Shown in pieces: positions 1 through 12,434 of a stretch of 64,000 nucleotides of DNA. The notes under the pieces were generated by a model, which did no database searches, was not told where the DNA came from, and worked only from the letters and a program-made list of their open reading frames with translations. Source of the stretch: the human T2T-CHM13v2.0 reference genome, Homo sapiens; NCBI RefSeq assembly GCF_009914755.1, contig NC_060928.1. The stretch is one strand, 5' to 3'. Positions within the stretch are counted from its first letter, which is position 1. The number at the start of each line of letters is the position of its first letter. Position numbers and translations under genes: made by a program.

Positions 1-479
1 GGCTTAAAACCATTGGTAACAAAATATTTATGAATGTGTAATTACAATTCATTGTACAGTGCAGAGATAAGTATATATGTATTGAATAAATACTGAATTG
101 TTTTATACGTTTTTAGTTTTATATGAATGAAATAAAAAAGTCACAGAGATATTATCTACAGGCATAGTGATATTTAACATAGGCAATTATATTGAATTAC
201 TTATATATCTTTGTTTTCCTTACTTGGAATATTACTGAGTATTCTGTTAAGGGTCCAACATTGCTTCTTGTTCCTATAAAGCACATTTGAGTCCAAAGAT
301 TTAAAGAATTAGGAAGAGGCAAGATTGTATCTCTTTATAATTATTAGTCATCATTATAATTCAGCATCACAATAAACCATTTGATAATATTTTGAAGGTA
401 AAGTTTTAAGTATGAAATATGCAAACTTTGCAAACTCCTCAAATTATATCAGTTTGCTTAAGATAAAAATGTTATTAAC

Positions 480-1327
480 TTGATCATTCAACACATATTT
501 TATCTATCTCTCTATATCGTTAATGACTAGAATTAGAGCAGATAAGAAGTCAAACATTCTATTTTCCCCTGCCTTCACAGGACTTACATTCTAGTGGCAA
601 AATAAGCTAGCATTCATTATGCAATTAGCATGTAATTTTAATTATGACGAATGTTACAGATATAAAAATATTGCTATTAAAGTTTATCATAGGGAGCTAT
701 TCTTGAGGAAATAACCAATTGAACTTTTAAGGAAGAATAAGAAATAAATCCACAGAGAGAAGTGGATGAAAAATCTGCAAGTCATAGGAAAGTGATTATT
801 AAAAAGTCCTGAGAGAGGAACAAGGTGTGATGAAGAAAAATGAATGCAGGACAGTCAGTGGCTATGAGGAAGTCCAGATCATGCTGACAACTTGAAGGTT
901 AATTTAAGGCCCTTATTCCTTACATAAGTAACAATGGAGAGTTAATGAGGACGTTTAAGCATCAGAGTAACATACATTTTCTTTGAAAAATGTGTGCCTT
1001 TGGAGCAGAAAATGGATTGAAAGAGAAGAGATCTGAGAAGACTGTTAAGAGGATCTTTACTGGTCTAGGTGAGCCACGGTTGTAGCTTAACTAAGGGTAG
1101 ACACACTTGAGAAAAGAAAAATAAATCCCATAGATATTTAAGGAGTGCATTGGGCAGGACTCTGTGATTGATGAAAATATAGGGGATGACAGGGATGGAA
1201 CAAGCAATATTTTTTCCTAGCTTAAGTACCATTGTCTGAAATTTGAAGCCCTGAAGGAAGACCAAACTTAAATGATTGGAAAAGATAATGAGTTAAGACT
1301 GAGGCATGTTAAATTTGAAGGATCTCT
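480..1327 (-). mobile_element. LINE-2 3' region, degraded (resumes at about 2294-2990)
   Basis: Begins CATTCAACACATATTT...CCTGCCTTCACAGGACTTACATTCTAGTGG, resembling the reverse complement of the L2 3' end, followed by purine-rich L2-like sequence. Boundaries approximate. Confidence 0.7.
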
Positions 1328-2293
1328 CCACATCCACTAGGATGGCTAGAATTTTAAAAATTAGATAATAACAAGTGATGGTGAGAATATGGAGAAATCA
1401 GAACCCTCAAACGCAGCTAGTGGGAAGTCAAAATGGTGCAGCCAATTCAGGAAATGGTCTGGCACTTCCCAAAGTGATTTCATGTAGAGTTACCATATGA
1501 CCCAGCAATTCTACTACCAAGCATATACCCAAAATAAAAGAAAGCATATGCCATATAAAAACCTGTGCTCAATGTGATGGCAGCCAAATGATGGAAATAA
1601 CCTAAGTGTCTATTAAGTAACAAATGATAAATAAAATGTGATATATTCATACAATGAAAATTATTCCAGCATAATATAACTGGGAAAAAAACAGTCACAG
1701 AAGATAACAAAGCATGATTCCATATCATGCGAAGTGTCCAGAACAGTGAAATCTATAGACAGAAAGTAGATTAGTAGTTTCGTAAGCCTGGAAAGGTGGT
1801 TGGGAGAATGGAGAGATGATAGATAAAAGGTATGTATTATTTTCTGAGAAGATGTAAAATACTCTAAAATTAGTTTGTAGTGATGGTTGCACATATAGTT
1901 GGCCTTCGGTGTATGTGGGTTCATCACCTTGTGGATTCAACCGACTGTGAATCAAAAACATTAAAAAAATAAAATTCACAAAGGTCCAAAAAGCAAGATT
2001 TAAATTTGCTGCATGCTGAGTACTATGTTGAATCCAAATAAATGAAGTGAAGTGTAGGCAACATATAGGTATTATAGGTCATCTACAGATTAGTTAAACT
2101 ATAGAAGAGGATGTGTATAGGTTATATGCAAATGTTACACCATTTTATATAAAAGACTTGAGCACCCACAGATTTTGGTATCTATGGAAGATCCTGGAAT
2201 CTATTTCCCACAGATACCCAGGGACAACTATATCTTGAATATACTAAAATCCATTGAATTTATGTGATTATATCTCAGTAAAGTGGTTTAAAA
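1328..2293 (+). mobile_element. Old L1 (L1MB-like) 3' end inserted in L2 and interrupted by MER2
   Basis: L1 ORF2-end/3'UTR motifs (GAGTTACCATATGACCCAGCAATTCTACTACC; GAAATCTATAGACAGAAAGTAGATTAGT). It resumes after MER2 and ends TATATCTCAGTAAAGTGGTTTAAAA. Confidence 0.8.
1896..2230. mobile_element. MER2-type TcMar-Tigger MITE
   Basis: Imperfect TIRs TAGTTGGCCTTCGGTGTATGTGGG and CCCACAGATACCCAGGGACAACTA, TA on both flanks, 335 bp. Confidence 0.85.
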
Positions 2294-2990
2294 TGTCTGT
2301 GAGAATCTCAGCAGTTGGAACTTAGAGAAGATTCTTGAACAGAAGAAATACATTTGAAGTCATTTGTGACTAGATTGTAGCTGAAGTTGTTGGTGGGATT
2401 GAGGAAATATACTTAAATAAGGCCAAGAACAAAAATTGTGGGAATTCATATATATAGAGATTAAGTAGATGAAGCTGAGTCCATAGAAAAGTTGAGAAGG
2501 AGCAATGAGACATGAAGTATAAAACAGAGGATTTAGGGCTGCGGTTTTAAGGAAGTCAATAATAAAAGTTTTAAGAAAGAGTATGTGTAGATAGTTTTGG
2601 ATTAAATTGAGTCAAGTAGGATGTCTGAAAAACATTCATTGTATTGAGTGACTCAAAAGTCATTTTTACCTCAAAGAGAGACATTTTGTGTAATAGTGGT
2701 GGGAAAGGTGATGAATAACGATTATTGGAATTCACTGAGCAGTAAGTATTCTCATGGGAGGATGTGGTGACAGTAACAGTAAAATCTCTTTGCTGACACT
2801 GGGTGTGATTTTAATTAGAGATAAATCAGGATAAGAAGAATTTTATCTTTAAGTTGGGAACATTCCAGCATGATTATATATACATTGGAAGACTCTCATA
2901 GAGATATATTTGCTGAAGATCCAGGAAATATAAGAAAGAATCAGTATTGGAAGATTCCTGAGAAGGAAAAGGATGATTTGGTTATGGATT
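2294..2990 (-). mobile_element. LINE-2 continuation, degraded
   Basis: L2-like purine-rich sequence continuing the 480-1327 fragment. End approximate. Confidence 0.55.
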
Positions 2991-3179
2991 GACCTTAAAT
3001 TACCCTGCTTACATACTGGAAAGAAATACTTCTACATATATATCTGGCTGGGTGATTGGTGAAACAGGGTTGCACTGAGCCTTCACTTTCTGAAAATTAA
3101 ATTGATTAAAGGGCATTGATACGAAACAAATGTCTGTATCAGTACTTAGTTTCTTAGAACGCAGTCTCCTAAATGTATA

Positions 3180-3508
3180 GAGTTGTCCTTCCATATCTGT
3201 GAGTTCCGCCTCAGTGAATTCAAATGAGTGACTGATGGTATTCTTTATTTTACCAATATTAGAGTTACTCGTGAATCAAAAATATTCAGGAAAAAAACAA
3301 TAAAAATAACAATGTAACAATAAAAATGACATATTAACTGTTTACACTGTATTATAAACAATCTAGATATGATTGAAGTATACTGGAGGATATGTGTATG
3401 TTGTATGAAAATACTACATTATTTTATATAAGGGATTTCAGCATCTGAGGACTTCAGTATTCACAGGGGTCTTGGAACCAACCCCCTGCGGATACTGAGG
3501 AAAGACTG
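3180..3508. mobile_element. Tigger3/MER7-type MITE (TcMar-Tigger)
   Basis: TIRs GAGTTGTCCTTCCATATCTGTG and TGCGGATACTGAGGAAAGACTG, TA on both flanks. The right end is shared with the MER2 copy. Confidence 0.8.
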
Positions 3509-3965
3509 TACATAGATACACATGATGGTTAAAAACAAAACTCAAACAACTTTGTAAGCCTCATCACTAAGAATAAAAGGGCAGAATATTTCAAAAGAAA
3601 GCATATGGATATGAAATTTTTTCTTATATGTGTGAATTGAATGAGTCATTTGCTAGACAATGTATTCGATCCTCACAAGAAGCTAGTCAGCAAAAGGCTT
3701 TACTAGTGAAGAAAAAAACTGATAGTATTTTTTATTTTACAAATATTAGAATAGCTTACAGTAAATTAAATTGATTCACAGTCCTTTTATTCACCTCTTT
3801 TTATTCAATGTTCTAGCTTTATTTGTCAAAACCTTTAAGTGAGTAATAAAGGCATTCATAGCTTAGTTATTTTTGTCTCAGGGACTCCAAAGCCTTCTCA
3901 ATCTGAGAAACAAAAGTGCCAAAACCAAGTAGGTTTGTCATTTATGACAAATTTTATTGAACATC

Positions 3966-4458
3966 TGTATTGGTTTTCTGTGGCCAATGTACAAATTACT
4001 TCAAACTTGTTAGCTTAAAACAAACAAACAAAAAATTCTCTCCTAGTAACGAAGTCCAGAAATCAGACATCAGCTTCAATTAGCTGAAATTATAGTTTTA
4101 GCAGGGCTGTGCTCTCTGGAAGCTCTAGGGAAAATTAGTCCCTTGCCTCTTCCCACTTCAGGTGTTTGCTGTCATTCCCTGGCTTTTGGACACATCAACT
4201 AGTCTCTGTCTCCATGGTCACTCTGGTTCCTCCTTCTCCCTCTGTGTATATCAAAGTTGTCTGCCTCTCTCCCATATGAACACATTTTATGACATTCAGG
4301 GCTCACTCGGATAATTCTGGATAGTTGAATGATCTCCTTATTCCCAAATCTTTAACTTAGGCAAATCTGTAAAACTTCACCATATAAGGTAACATTCACA
4401 GGTCCCAGGGATTAGGACTTGTTATTTTTTGGGGATACCCATCATTAAGCTGACTACT
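3966..4458 (-). mobile_element. MLT1D-like MaLR solo LTR
   Basis: TGTATTGG start; AGGTAACATTCACAGGTCCCAGGGATTAGGAC matches the reverse complement of the MLT1C/D 5' end; about 490 bp. Confidence 0.8.
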
Positions 4459-4552
4459 CCCTCACTGTTCTATACCTTTAATATAGTATCTTTACTACTC
4501 TTCATGTTTTCAGCCTCTTCCATTTCTGCCTTTGCCAGCCACTTCTCCCTGC

Positions 4553-4575
4553 CACACACACACACACACACACAC
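4553..4575. repeat. (CA)n microsatellite
   Basis: Seen directly, about 11 units. Confidence 0.95.
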
Positions 4576-5437
4576 TGCTCTCAATAAAGTATTCAAATGA
4601 AATATTCTCATTACTCCTGAGAGTTTTAGAAAAAAAATCAGGTATAATGATTGTACTCTCCTGTTTAAATCTTCCTTAGCACCAGGATGAAGTTTCAATT
4701 TACTTCTATAGCATCAAAAGCCCATTTGGATTTTTGGTATGGTGCCTCTTGACCCAAAAATACCAACTTCCTTCACTGCATCTTCCTTGCTTCATGAAAG
4801 CAAACTACTTGTAGTTTTCTATCCTTGTCCATTCCCCGTGCTCAGAACACCTTCCCCGTGCTGATCTGTGAGGCAGCACTCCTGTGCCTCTCCTATGCCT
4901 GGTCAACTTTCCTTCAAGCTATACACTTGTTTGAATACATCAGAAACGTTCATCTCCCAAATACTTATAAAAGCTTAACAGGATTTGTTTCTTAAAAGGA
5001 AAGTAGCAGTTCTTTCTTATTTTAAGGGCTTAATTGAAAAGACAGTTGCAACATCTAGTTAGGATTAATTTATTTTAGAATTAAATTCAACGTAAGGCAT
5101 ATTAATAAAGAGGACAACATAAAAATGAATTAACAACCAATGCATAGTTAGCTTTTTATTATTCACCAAGTTTTGTAAAACATTAAGTTTACTGCCTCAT
5201 TTGCTCTTCATTTCTGTATGTGACGTCTCCATTCTACTGATGAGGAAAACTAAAAATTCACTTAAGTATTGGTAGAAAAGGTGGTATTTAAACCTAGGCA
5301 GTCTGGCTCTAGAACCTTCTCTCAACTACTTCAGTATGAATATAAGAACTAACTTTTTCAGGTTGGCTTACATTTTGGACCATTAGGGAAGCGTAGATTA
5401 TTTCTCAATAATGTAACTGAAACAAATTAAAGAGCCC

Positions 5438-5762
5438 TGCCATAGACTGAATGTTTGTGTCCTCTCAAAATGCATATATTTTAATCCTAATCCCCAAGGT
5501 GATGGTATTAGGAAGTGGAAACTTTGAAAGATGATTAAGATTAGTGCCCTTGTAGAAGGGACGCCAGGGTGGTTTGTTGCTGTCTCTGCCATGTGAAGAA
5601 ACAGGGAGAAGGCTGCCATCTGAGAACCAGAAAGAGGGCAGCTATTTGGGCACCTTGATCTCGAACATCCCAGACTCCAGAACTGTGAGAAACTGATTTC
5701 TGTTGTTTATTAGCCACTCAATCTATGGCATTTTGTTATTGCAGCCCAAACAAACTAAGACA
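5438..5762 (+). mobile_element. MLT1A/A0-like MaLR solo LTR
   Basis: TGCCATAGACTGAATGTTTGTGTCC ... GCAGCCCAAACAAACTAAGACA; 5-bp flanks AGCCC and AGCTC (4/5 TSD). Confidence 0.85.
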
Positions 5763-6134
5763 AGCTCTAAGAAAATTAATTTAATCATAATTAAATATGA
5801 TATTGCTATAATTAGAATTAAATTTGATGTGATTAATAAAAATTTAATAACATATATTTATAGTTAATATTTATATAGGCTCTTTTAGATTTCTTTTATA
5901 GTGTCTCATATGAATGTCACGACAAACATGAAAGAAAAAACTAATTTTATTTAATAATTTAGAAATAAATGCGTTGAAACCATCCACAGAATATAAGGAA
6001 TGGAGACACACTTTCTGAGCACCAGAAAATTCTCCATTTGCAAAATGTACTGTTTCACAACTTAAGAAACTCTAAGTAGTCAGTCTACTTAGAAACCCTG
6101 CAATTTCAGAAAAAAACTGGAGAAGAACTACAAT

Positions 6135-6138
<4 letters not shown>

Positions 6139-6172
<34 letters not shown>
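6139..6172. repeat. (TG)17 microsatellite
   Basis: Seen directly. Confidence 0.95.
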
Positions 6173-6173
<1 letters not shown>

Positions 6174-6819
6174 ACGTGTGCGTACACGCGCTTCATTTTC
6201 CTACTTGTACATTTCATGTCTGATTCACCTTTGGCTGTGAGGAAGAAAGAGAACATTGGAGACTAGCTTTCACTATAAGGATGAAGGACAAGAAAAGTCC
6301 CCAGAGGAGTGGCAAGCACATCAAGCCTAAGGGACGTGTTGATTGGTGCCTATATATTTCTGCTATTTTCAGTTTTTTCACTGGTTCATATAATGCACGA
6401 TTCCACAGTGTTAGTGAAGGTAATTCCCTTTAAAGTTTCTGATCTGCTAGCCAAGGCAGTTATCACAATTCATATTTGAAAACTATGGAAAGTCAAATGC
6501 TTAGGGGTTTATTTTGGGAATTACCAAATGTTATAGGCCTTCCTGAAAAAGATTACTTTCTATGACATTACTGATTTTCTAAAACGACAAATTTAAGTTC
6601 TGTGGACTTTCCCGCCGTGTATATATTAACATATAACTTTGAAAGAATTCTCTTAATGATTTGAGAAAATAGAGAAAAATATCTTTGAAATATCTTCCTT
6701 ATTGCCATTCTTTTCAGCAGATTAGAAACACTTCTATCTTCCAGATACTGTTTCACCTGGAACCAAATTTAAAACATGATTTGAATGACTCTTTTTGCAT
6801 ATAAATGTAAATTTTTTTT

Positions 6820-7174
6820 TTATATTCACAGACTGCCATAACAAAGTACCACAAGCTGGGTGGCTAAAACAACATAAATTTATTTCATCAGTTCTGGAGG
6901 CTAGAAATCAAGGTGTCAACAGGGTTGATTCCTTCTAAGAGGTATGACAGAAGGATCTGTTATAGGCCTCTGTTTGGCATATTAGTGACTCTCTTCAAGT
7001 TTGTTTGGCATTCTCCCTGTATAAGTCTGTCTCTAAACTTCTTCTTTTTTATAGTGACCTCATTGTAACTTGATTATGTCTGGAAAAGGCCCTACCTTCA
7101 AGGTGACATTTTGATTGCTAAGGTTCAGGACTTCAAATTACAAATTTTTGGAGGGGTCACAATTCAGCCTACAA
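6820..7174 (-). mobile_element. MLT1B-like MaLR LTR
   Basis: CTGCCATAACAAAGTACCACAAGCTGGGTGGC...TTCTGGAGGCTAGAA...GGGGTCACAATTCAGCC. Confidence 0.75.
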
Positions 7175-7935
7175 TGCTGTTTTACAGTATTTTACTATAC
7201 TAGCTTTCTGAGTAATGCATATTTTGTGATTACTGACTCATTGGCAAGGTTTTTGTTGTTGATTTATAGTTAGAAAAATAGAGAATATATCCAATATAGA
7301 AATGCTGATAGGAATTAGGAGAAATAATTATTTTAAATGGAATGCTTCAAAGAACAAGAATCTATTAAAAACAGGCAACATATAGTTTGTGAATAAATGA
7401 CTAAAGTATAGCAAAAGTAAAACCCATAATAAATCAATATACCTTATTAACAACTTGAAGGACATAATATAATAACGAAGGGAAGAAAAGAAGAAGAATT
7501 TTTCATGGGTGTTGGGATTTCCCTAAATATTAAATAGGCAAATTTCTTCTAACTAAAGAAAAGATACTAATGAGGCTAAATCTCCTTCTGATTATTCATC
7601 TCTCAGCTGGAAATGTGGTTCTTATAATTACCATTTTGAGGTTAAAGAAAAGAAGACGTCAATTTTAATGTTCTTGTCTTTTAGATGATTAGATTTATTA
7701 ACATGGAATTCCTTTGTTTACATTTTATTGTACAAATAAATTCAAATCTAAATATTTCAGAGTCTTTTTCACTTTGTTGAGAGTTCTAAATTTTTAATGG
7801 TATTCTGGTTGGTTTTAAAGTTTTAATAAGAGTAGTTCCTTCTCTTACATGTATACATATCATATATTAAAAATAATGTATTTTCTATATCTTTCATTAT
7901 ACTCCATACTCAATATTGACCTTCAATTGACATTT

Positions 7936-8440
7936 TATTCATTTATTTTAGAAAGGTTTGTTGAGCATCTCTTATGTTCCAGGTATGTGTCTGGACACTA
8001 GGGATATAGAAGTAAACAAAAGAGATCAAAAGGATTTTCTTTGTAGAGCTCTAGTTACCGTGGGTATGATAGACAATCAACAAGTAGCTGAATGAATTAT
8101 ATAGTATATTGGAAGCCATTATGTACTATGGCTAAAATGAAGCTAGGGAAGGCAATGAAGAATGCTCTGTGTAGAGAGTTTATCGTTTACAGTGGGTACT
8201 CAGAAAAATCTATATTGATGAATTTGAGTAAAAACTTGAAAGGGCTGAAGAAGCAAGTCATCTGAAGATCAGGAGGCAGAGTATCACAGACAGAAGGTTC
8301 AGCTGGTACAAAGGCCCTGAAGCAGGGGAACAGCCTGGAGGCCAGTGTGGTTAGAGTGCAATAAAGATGAGAAGGAACATAAATGATGAAGAGTTAACAC
8401 AGAAAATGAGAGAGCAGTATAGACAATTTTAGGTATTTAC
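7936..8440 (-). mobile_element. LINE-2 3' end
   Basis: ATTCATTTATT...TTGAGCATCTCTTATGTTCCAGG...ACTAGGGATATAGAAGTAAACAA is the reverse complement of an L2 tail. Confidence 0.75.
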
Positions 8441-9518
8441 ATAGTTTGGAGAAGTCTCCAAGTTATATAACAGAAGAAGATAGACAAGCTTCCTTCTGCA
8501 AATATCAGGATAGATTTCAACCATCCTTATCTCCCACCTTAGCCACTACTATGCCAGATTAAGCTAACACTTCAGAAAGGCTATTCCTAAGTGACAGAAC
8601 TATAGAAGGATTATATAAAGTTCAGGTATAGGAAAGTTAATTTCCTTAGGTTTTGTCATTGTACTGATGGCATGGCTGGAAAGTATCACATCCTTATCAT
8701 TGTCATTGCAATTGGCAGCAAAGAAGGAGACTGTGGACCTAAAGTTGGAGGTTTGAGCTATTGAGGCAAAAATAAGACTGGTGTTTTGCAGCTTATAGAT
8801 TCACTGTGGTATGTTGAAGTAACCAGAAGGACATTTAATGGGGGCAAAATACCCCCAAATTAGAAACTCTAATAAAATTGTCCTATACAAATAAGACCTT
8901 TTTTTTCCTTAGTAGGTTGTATTTGGTTGTTAATACCAGAACAACACTAGAGTTATAAAAGACGTTATATATAATTTGGTGGATATATATTTAACTTAAC
9001 TGTTTAGGAGTTATGTTTAACTCTTTAGTACACTAGAGAGTTGATTTCATAGGTTGGATTTTTTGTTTCTATTTTCAAATATATGTTCTGTGTGTCTCTT
9101 TTGAAATTCCAAAGTAAAGAAAAACCCTTTTGATTTCCGGTTAAAAATTACCTCCACTGTTTTAAACTGTCTAATAATTGCAATCAAAGTGCGGTGTCCA
9201 GAATAACATTTGTGGAATAGGTTCTGATTAAGGACTCTTCAGTCCATGTGCCTGCTAATGGTTACAAAGACAAAATAAATCTCATGTTTAAAATATAAAA
9301 TGTTATTCGTCAAATTTGTATCATTTTAGTGTTTGTGGATGGAAATGCAAATGTATGAAGATACAGATTATTTCTATCATCTGGAGTCATTTTCAGAAGG
9401 GATATTAATTTTTAAAGGTTGAAATTCTATAGAGAAACTTTCTTTTCTCCAGCACTTGGGGAAGCAATTTTTACTGGGTGGGTATTATGCTAGTAATGAG
9501 AGCAGAATTACTTTCCCC

Positions 9519-9612
9519 AAATTGAGAAATAACTCTGCGGTGAGTGTTTTAACCAATTGAAACAGAAATTGAGAAATAAGTCTGCAGTGAGTGCTTTAAC
9601 CAATTAAAACAG
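9519..9612. repeat. Tandem duplication, 2 x 47 bp
   Basis: 9519-9565 versus 9566-9612, 4 mismatches. Confidence 0.95.
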
Positions 9613-12434
9613 ATAGGAAAGGCCATGTATAATGTCTCTTTATATTGCATATATACCACTTACTACATCCAGCCTCTTTTAATCCTGTTAGTCAAAAAGA
9701 TCTCTGCCATTAGGCCATTTATTTGTTATATCCAGTCAACATTTTTATTGAAACACTAGTTAAATGCAAAGAGCGTGCCTTTTCAGCAAGATTTTAATGT
9801 AGTTTTTACTATGGAAGAATTAAAACCAAACACTTTACCTGCTACTGAGTACAATTAAAGTATAATTAGAATCTAATAAATTTGCTAAACCATTTAATGA
9901 TGAATAACATTTAATTCTGTATACTGTGAAAGGTATCACATTGATATGTTCAATTTGAGTAGTCAAATGAATACACTAATATGAGGTAACATTTAAGAAT
10001 TTTCATGCAAACCACTGAATAATATGATAGCTTCATGTCTGATACCAGATATCCACATAATCTTTTTAATCATACTTCTATTATTTAGGATAGAAAATAT
10101 GATCCCCAGAATAGAAAGTAATATACTCTACCAAAGGATACCTCTGGTTTTATGGCGAAAACACGTTTTCTAATACTAGAATAAAATGTTTATTAAAATC
10201 ATTTAACATTTTCCTTATAGGGAGCCTGAAGTTATTTGTGATTTTGGTTATTTATATTTTAGGTTATAAATTGTGAAACTAATTTAATCACTGAGGATAA
10301 TGAAAAAAACACACAAAATACACATAAACTAGACACTAGAAATCGGCAATTTTGCAGTGTGAGAAATTAAGCATGCAAGTCTATTTAGCAGTATGTTTTA
10401 CCTGATAATAAATTGAAAGAGCTGATGTTTTATGCTAATGAACACGGACCTTACAATGGGGTCAAAAGGAGCAAAGTATTTGTAGACATATTCCTTCAAT
10501 TTCACTTACTAGAATTTTACTGGTTTTTTTTTTTTGTTGTTATCATAGTTGAGCCATAGATACAATACATGTTCAAAGTGTAAGGTGATCTTTGTAGCAA
10601 TCAATCCCTCTGAGGGACATTTAGCTTTCTGATTGGTATGCAGACAATGAGTAGACTGGTATGTTAACCAAGGTAAATCAATGGTGAATAGCCAGGAGTT
10701 AGAATCTATTACGAGATATGCAAAAGGACAGATAACTAGAGGTCCTATTTTTCCCCAGCCATAATAACAATTATAGTAAAGCAAAAGCTGGTGATTTTTA
10801 GCAACTTTCAAGAAATACTTGTGGTCCAACATCAACAAATTTTAGTTTGGCATTCTTCATGTGTTTATTCCATACATACATACTGGGTATATATTATGAA
10901 GAAGGTGCTATGACAGTTTCCAAATATGTCAGTTTTCGATCCAGGCAATATGATCTAGATATTATTTTTCCTGCTTCTTTCAGTAAAGTACAAGTCCAAC
11001 TCCTGGAAACAATGCAAGAGGCAACTGAATGAGATTTATAAACTGCATGAAGAGGAAGGTGGGAATGGTGAGGAACCCCAGACTGGAGGAGAAATAGAGC
11101 AGCAAGTGCCTTTTAACTTAACAGAATGAAGTAGCCTAAGCTTGGCCTTTTGTGACTATCAACCTAGCAAGAGAAGGCAACTCACACAGGCTCCTCCCTG
11201 GATCTAATAGGAGTCGTGTCGACAACACCAGACAAGCCTGGTGACACCAGCAAGGACATCACCTGAGAGTCCTGCTATTAACAAAGGGTCAGGGGAAGTA
11301 CACCCTCTCCTTCCTCAGCAGCAATGGGGAATCCTTTCACCGACTGAAATGACACAGCTGACTGGGCAGCATCAACTAGGAAAATTTTGCTACAGCAATC
11401 ACCAACCACAGGAAACTTCTTTCTGTGGGCCTGGGAACACTGTCCTTCACCAAAGGCAACTGGACAGTAATAGTAAGGGGGGTCCAGCCACAAAAATTGG
11501 TCCACATCTGAAACCTCTTTTTTGCCAAGGGATGGTGGCTCCAACCTAGAGGTGACATGGCCTGGGCAAGCTCCGTCTTCCCTTTCATGCAATACTAGAA
11601 GGCCCAGTAGGAGTCCCAGTGGCACCAAATAAACCAAGCAGACCAAAAGACTACCACAAAGGTTCTAAAAATTAAGTTTTCATTGATGACATATGTAAAC
11701 TACAGATTCAAGATGCTGACTGAACCTCAAATGAGAAACACAAAATACCCATGCCAAGACACAAACATCAGTATTAAACTTCTAAAAACTAAAGACCAAA
11801 AGAGAATCCAGATAGCAAACAGAAAGAAATAACATATTGACTACAGGGAAAGAAGAATTTACATGATGGCAGACTCATCTGAAATTACGGTGGCCAGAAG
11901 TGGCATATCTTTCAAGTGCTAAAAGAAAAAAAATATTTGCAGTAAATTCTATATGCTACAAAATTAATCTTTATAAATGAAGGGCACATAAAGATCTTTT
12001 AAAATATAAGAAAACTAAAAGATTTTGCAGCTAGAAAATCCATCCTTAAAGAATGGGTGAAAGAAGTTTTTTTTGTACAGAAAAGTAATAAAAAAGATCC
12101 TGAAATATCAGAAAGTAAGAAAAATAATGAAAAGAACAAAAATATAAGTTCATATAATAGACTTTCCCTTTCCTCAAGTATTAGAAATCATATTTGATGA
12201 TAGAAAGAACAATTGTAGCATCATGTAATACACAAAGTGATGATATTTAAAAGTGGGGAAGGTAAAGGGATAAAATTAGAAATAAAGGTGTCCATAACAC
12301 ATGTATATTGTGATACACATAGCAACCACCAAGAAATATGTACAAAGAAGGTGCGTTTAAAAGTACTACAAGTAAATCAAGATAAAATTCTAAAAAAAAG
12401 TTTAAGTACCCCGTGGTAAGCCAATAAAAGTGAG

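Noticed and set aside
11241-11646. Overlapping 102-aa and 122-aa ORFs on opposite strands
   Set aside because: Non-ATG starts inside the GC-richer 5'UTR of an old L1, with no recognisable domain.
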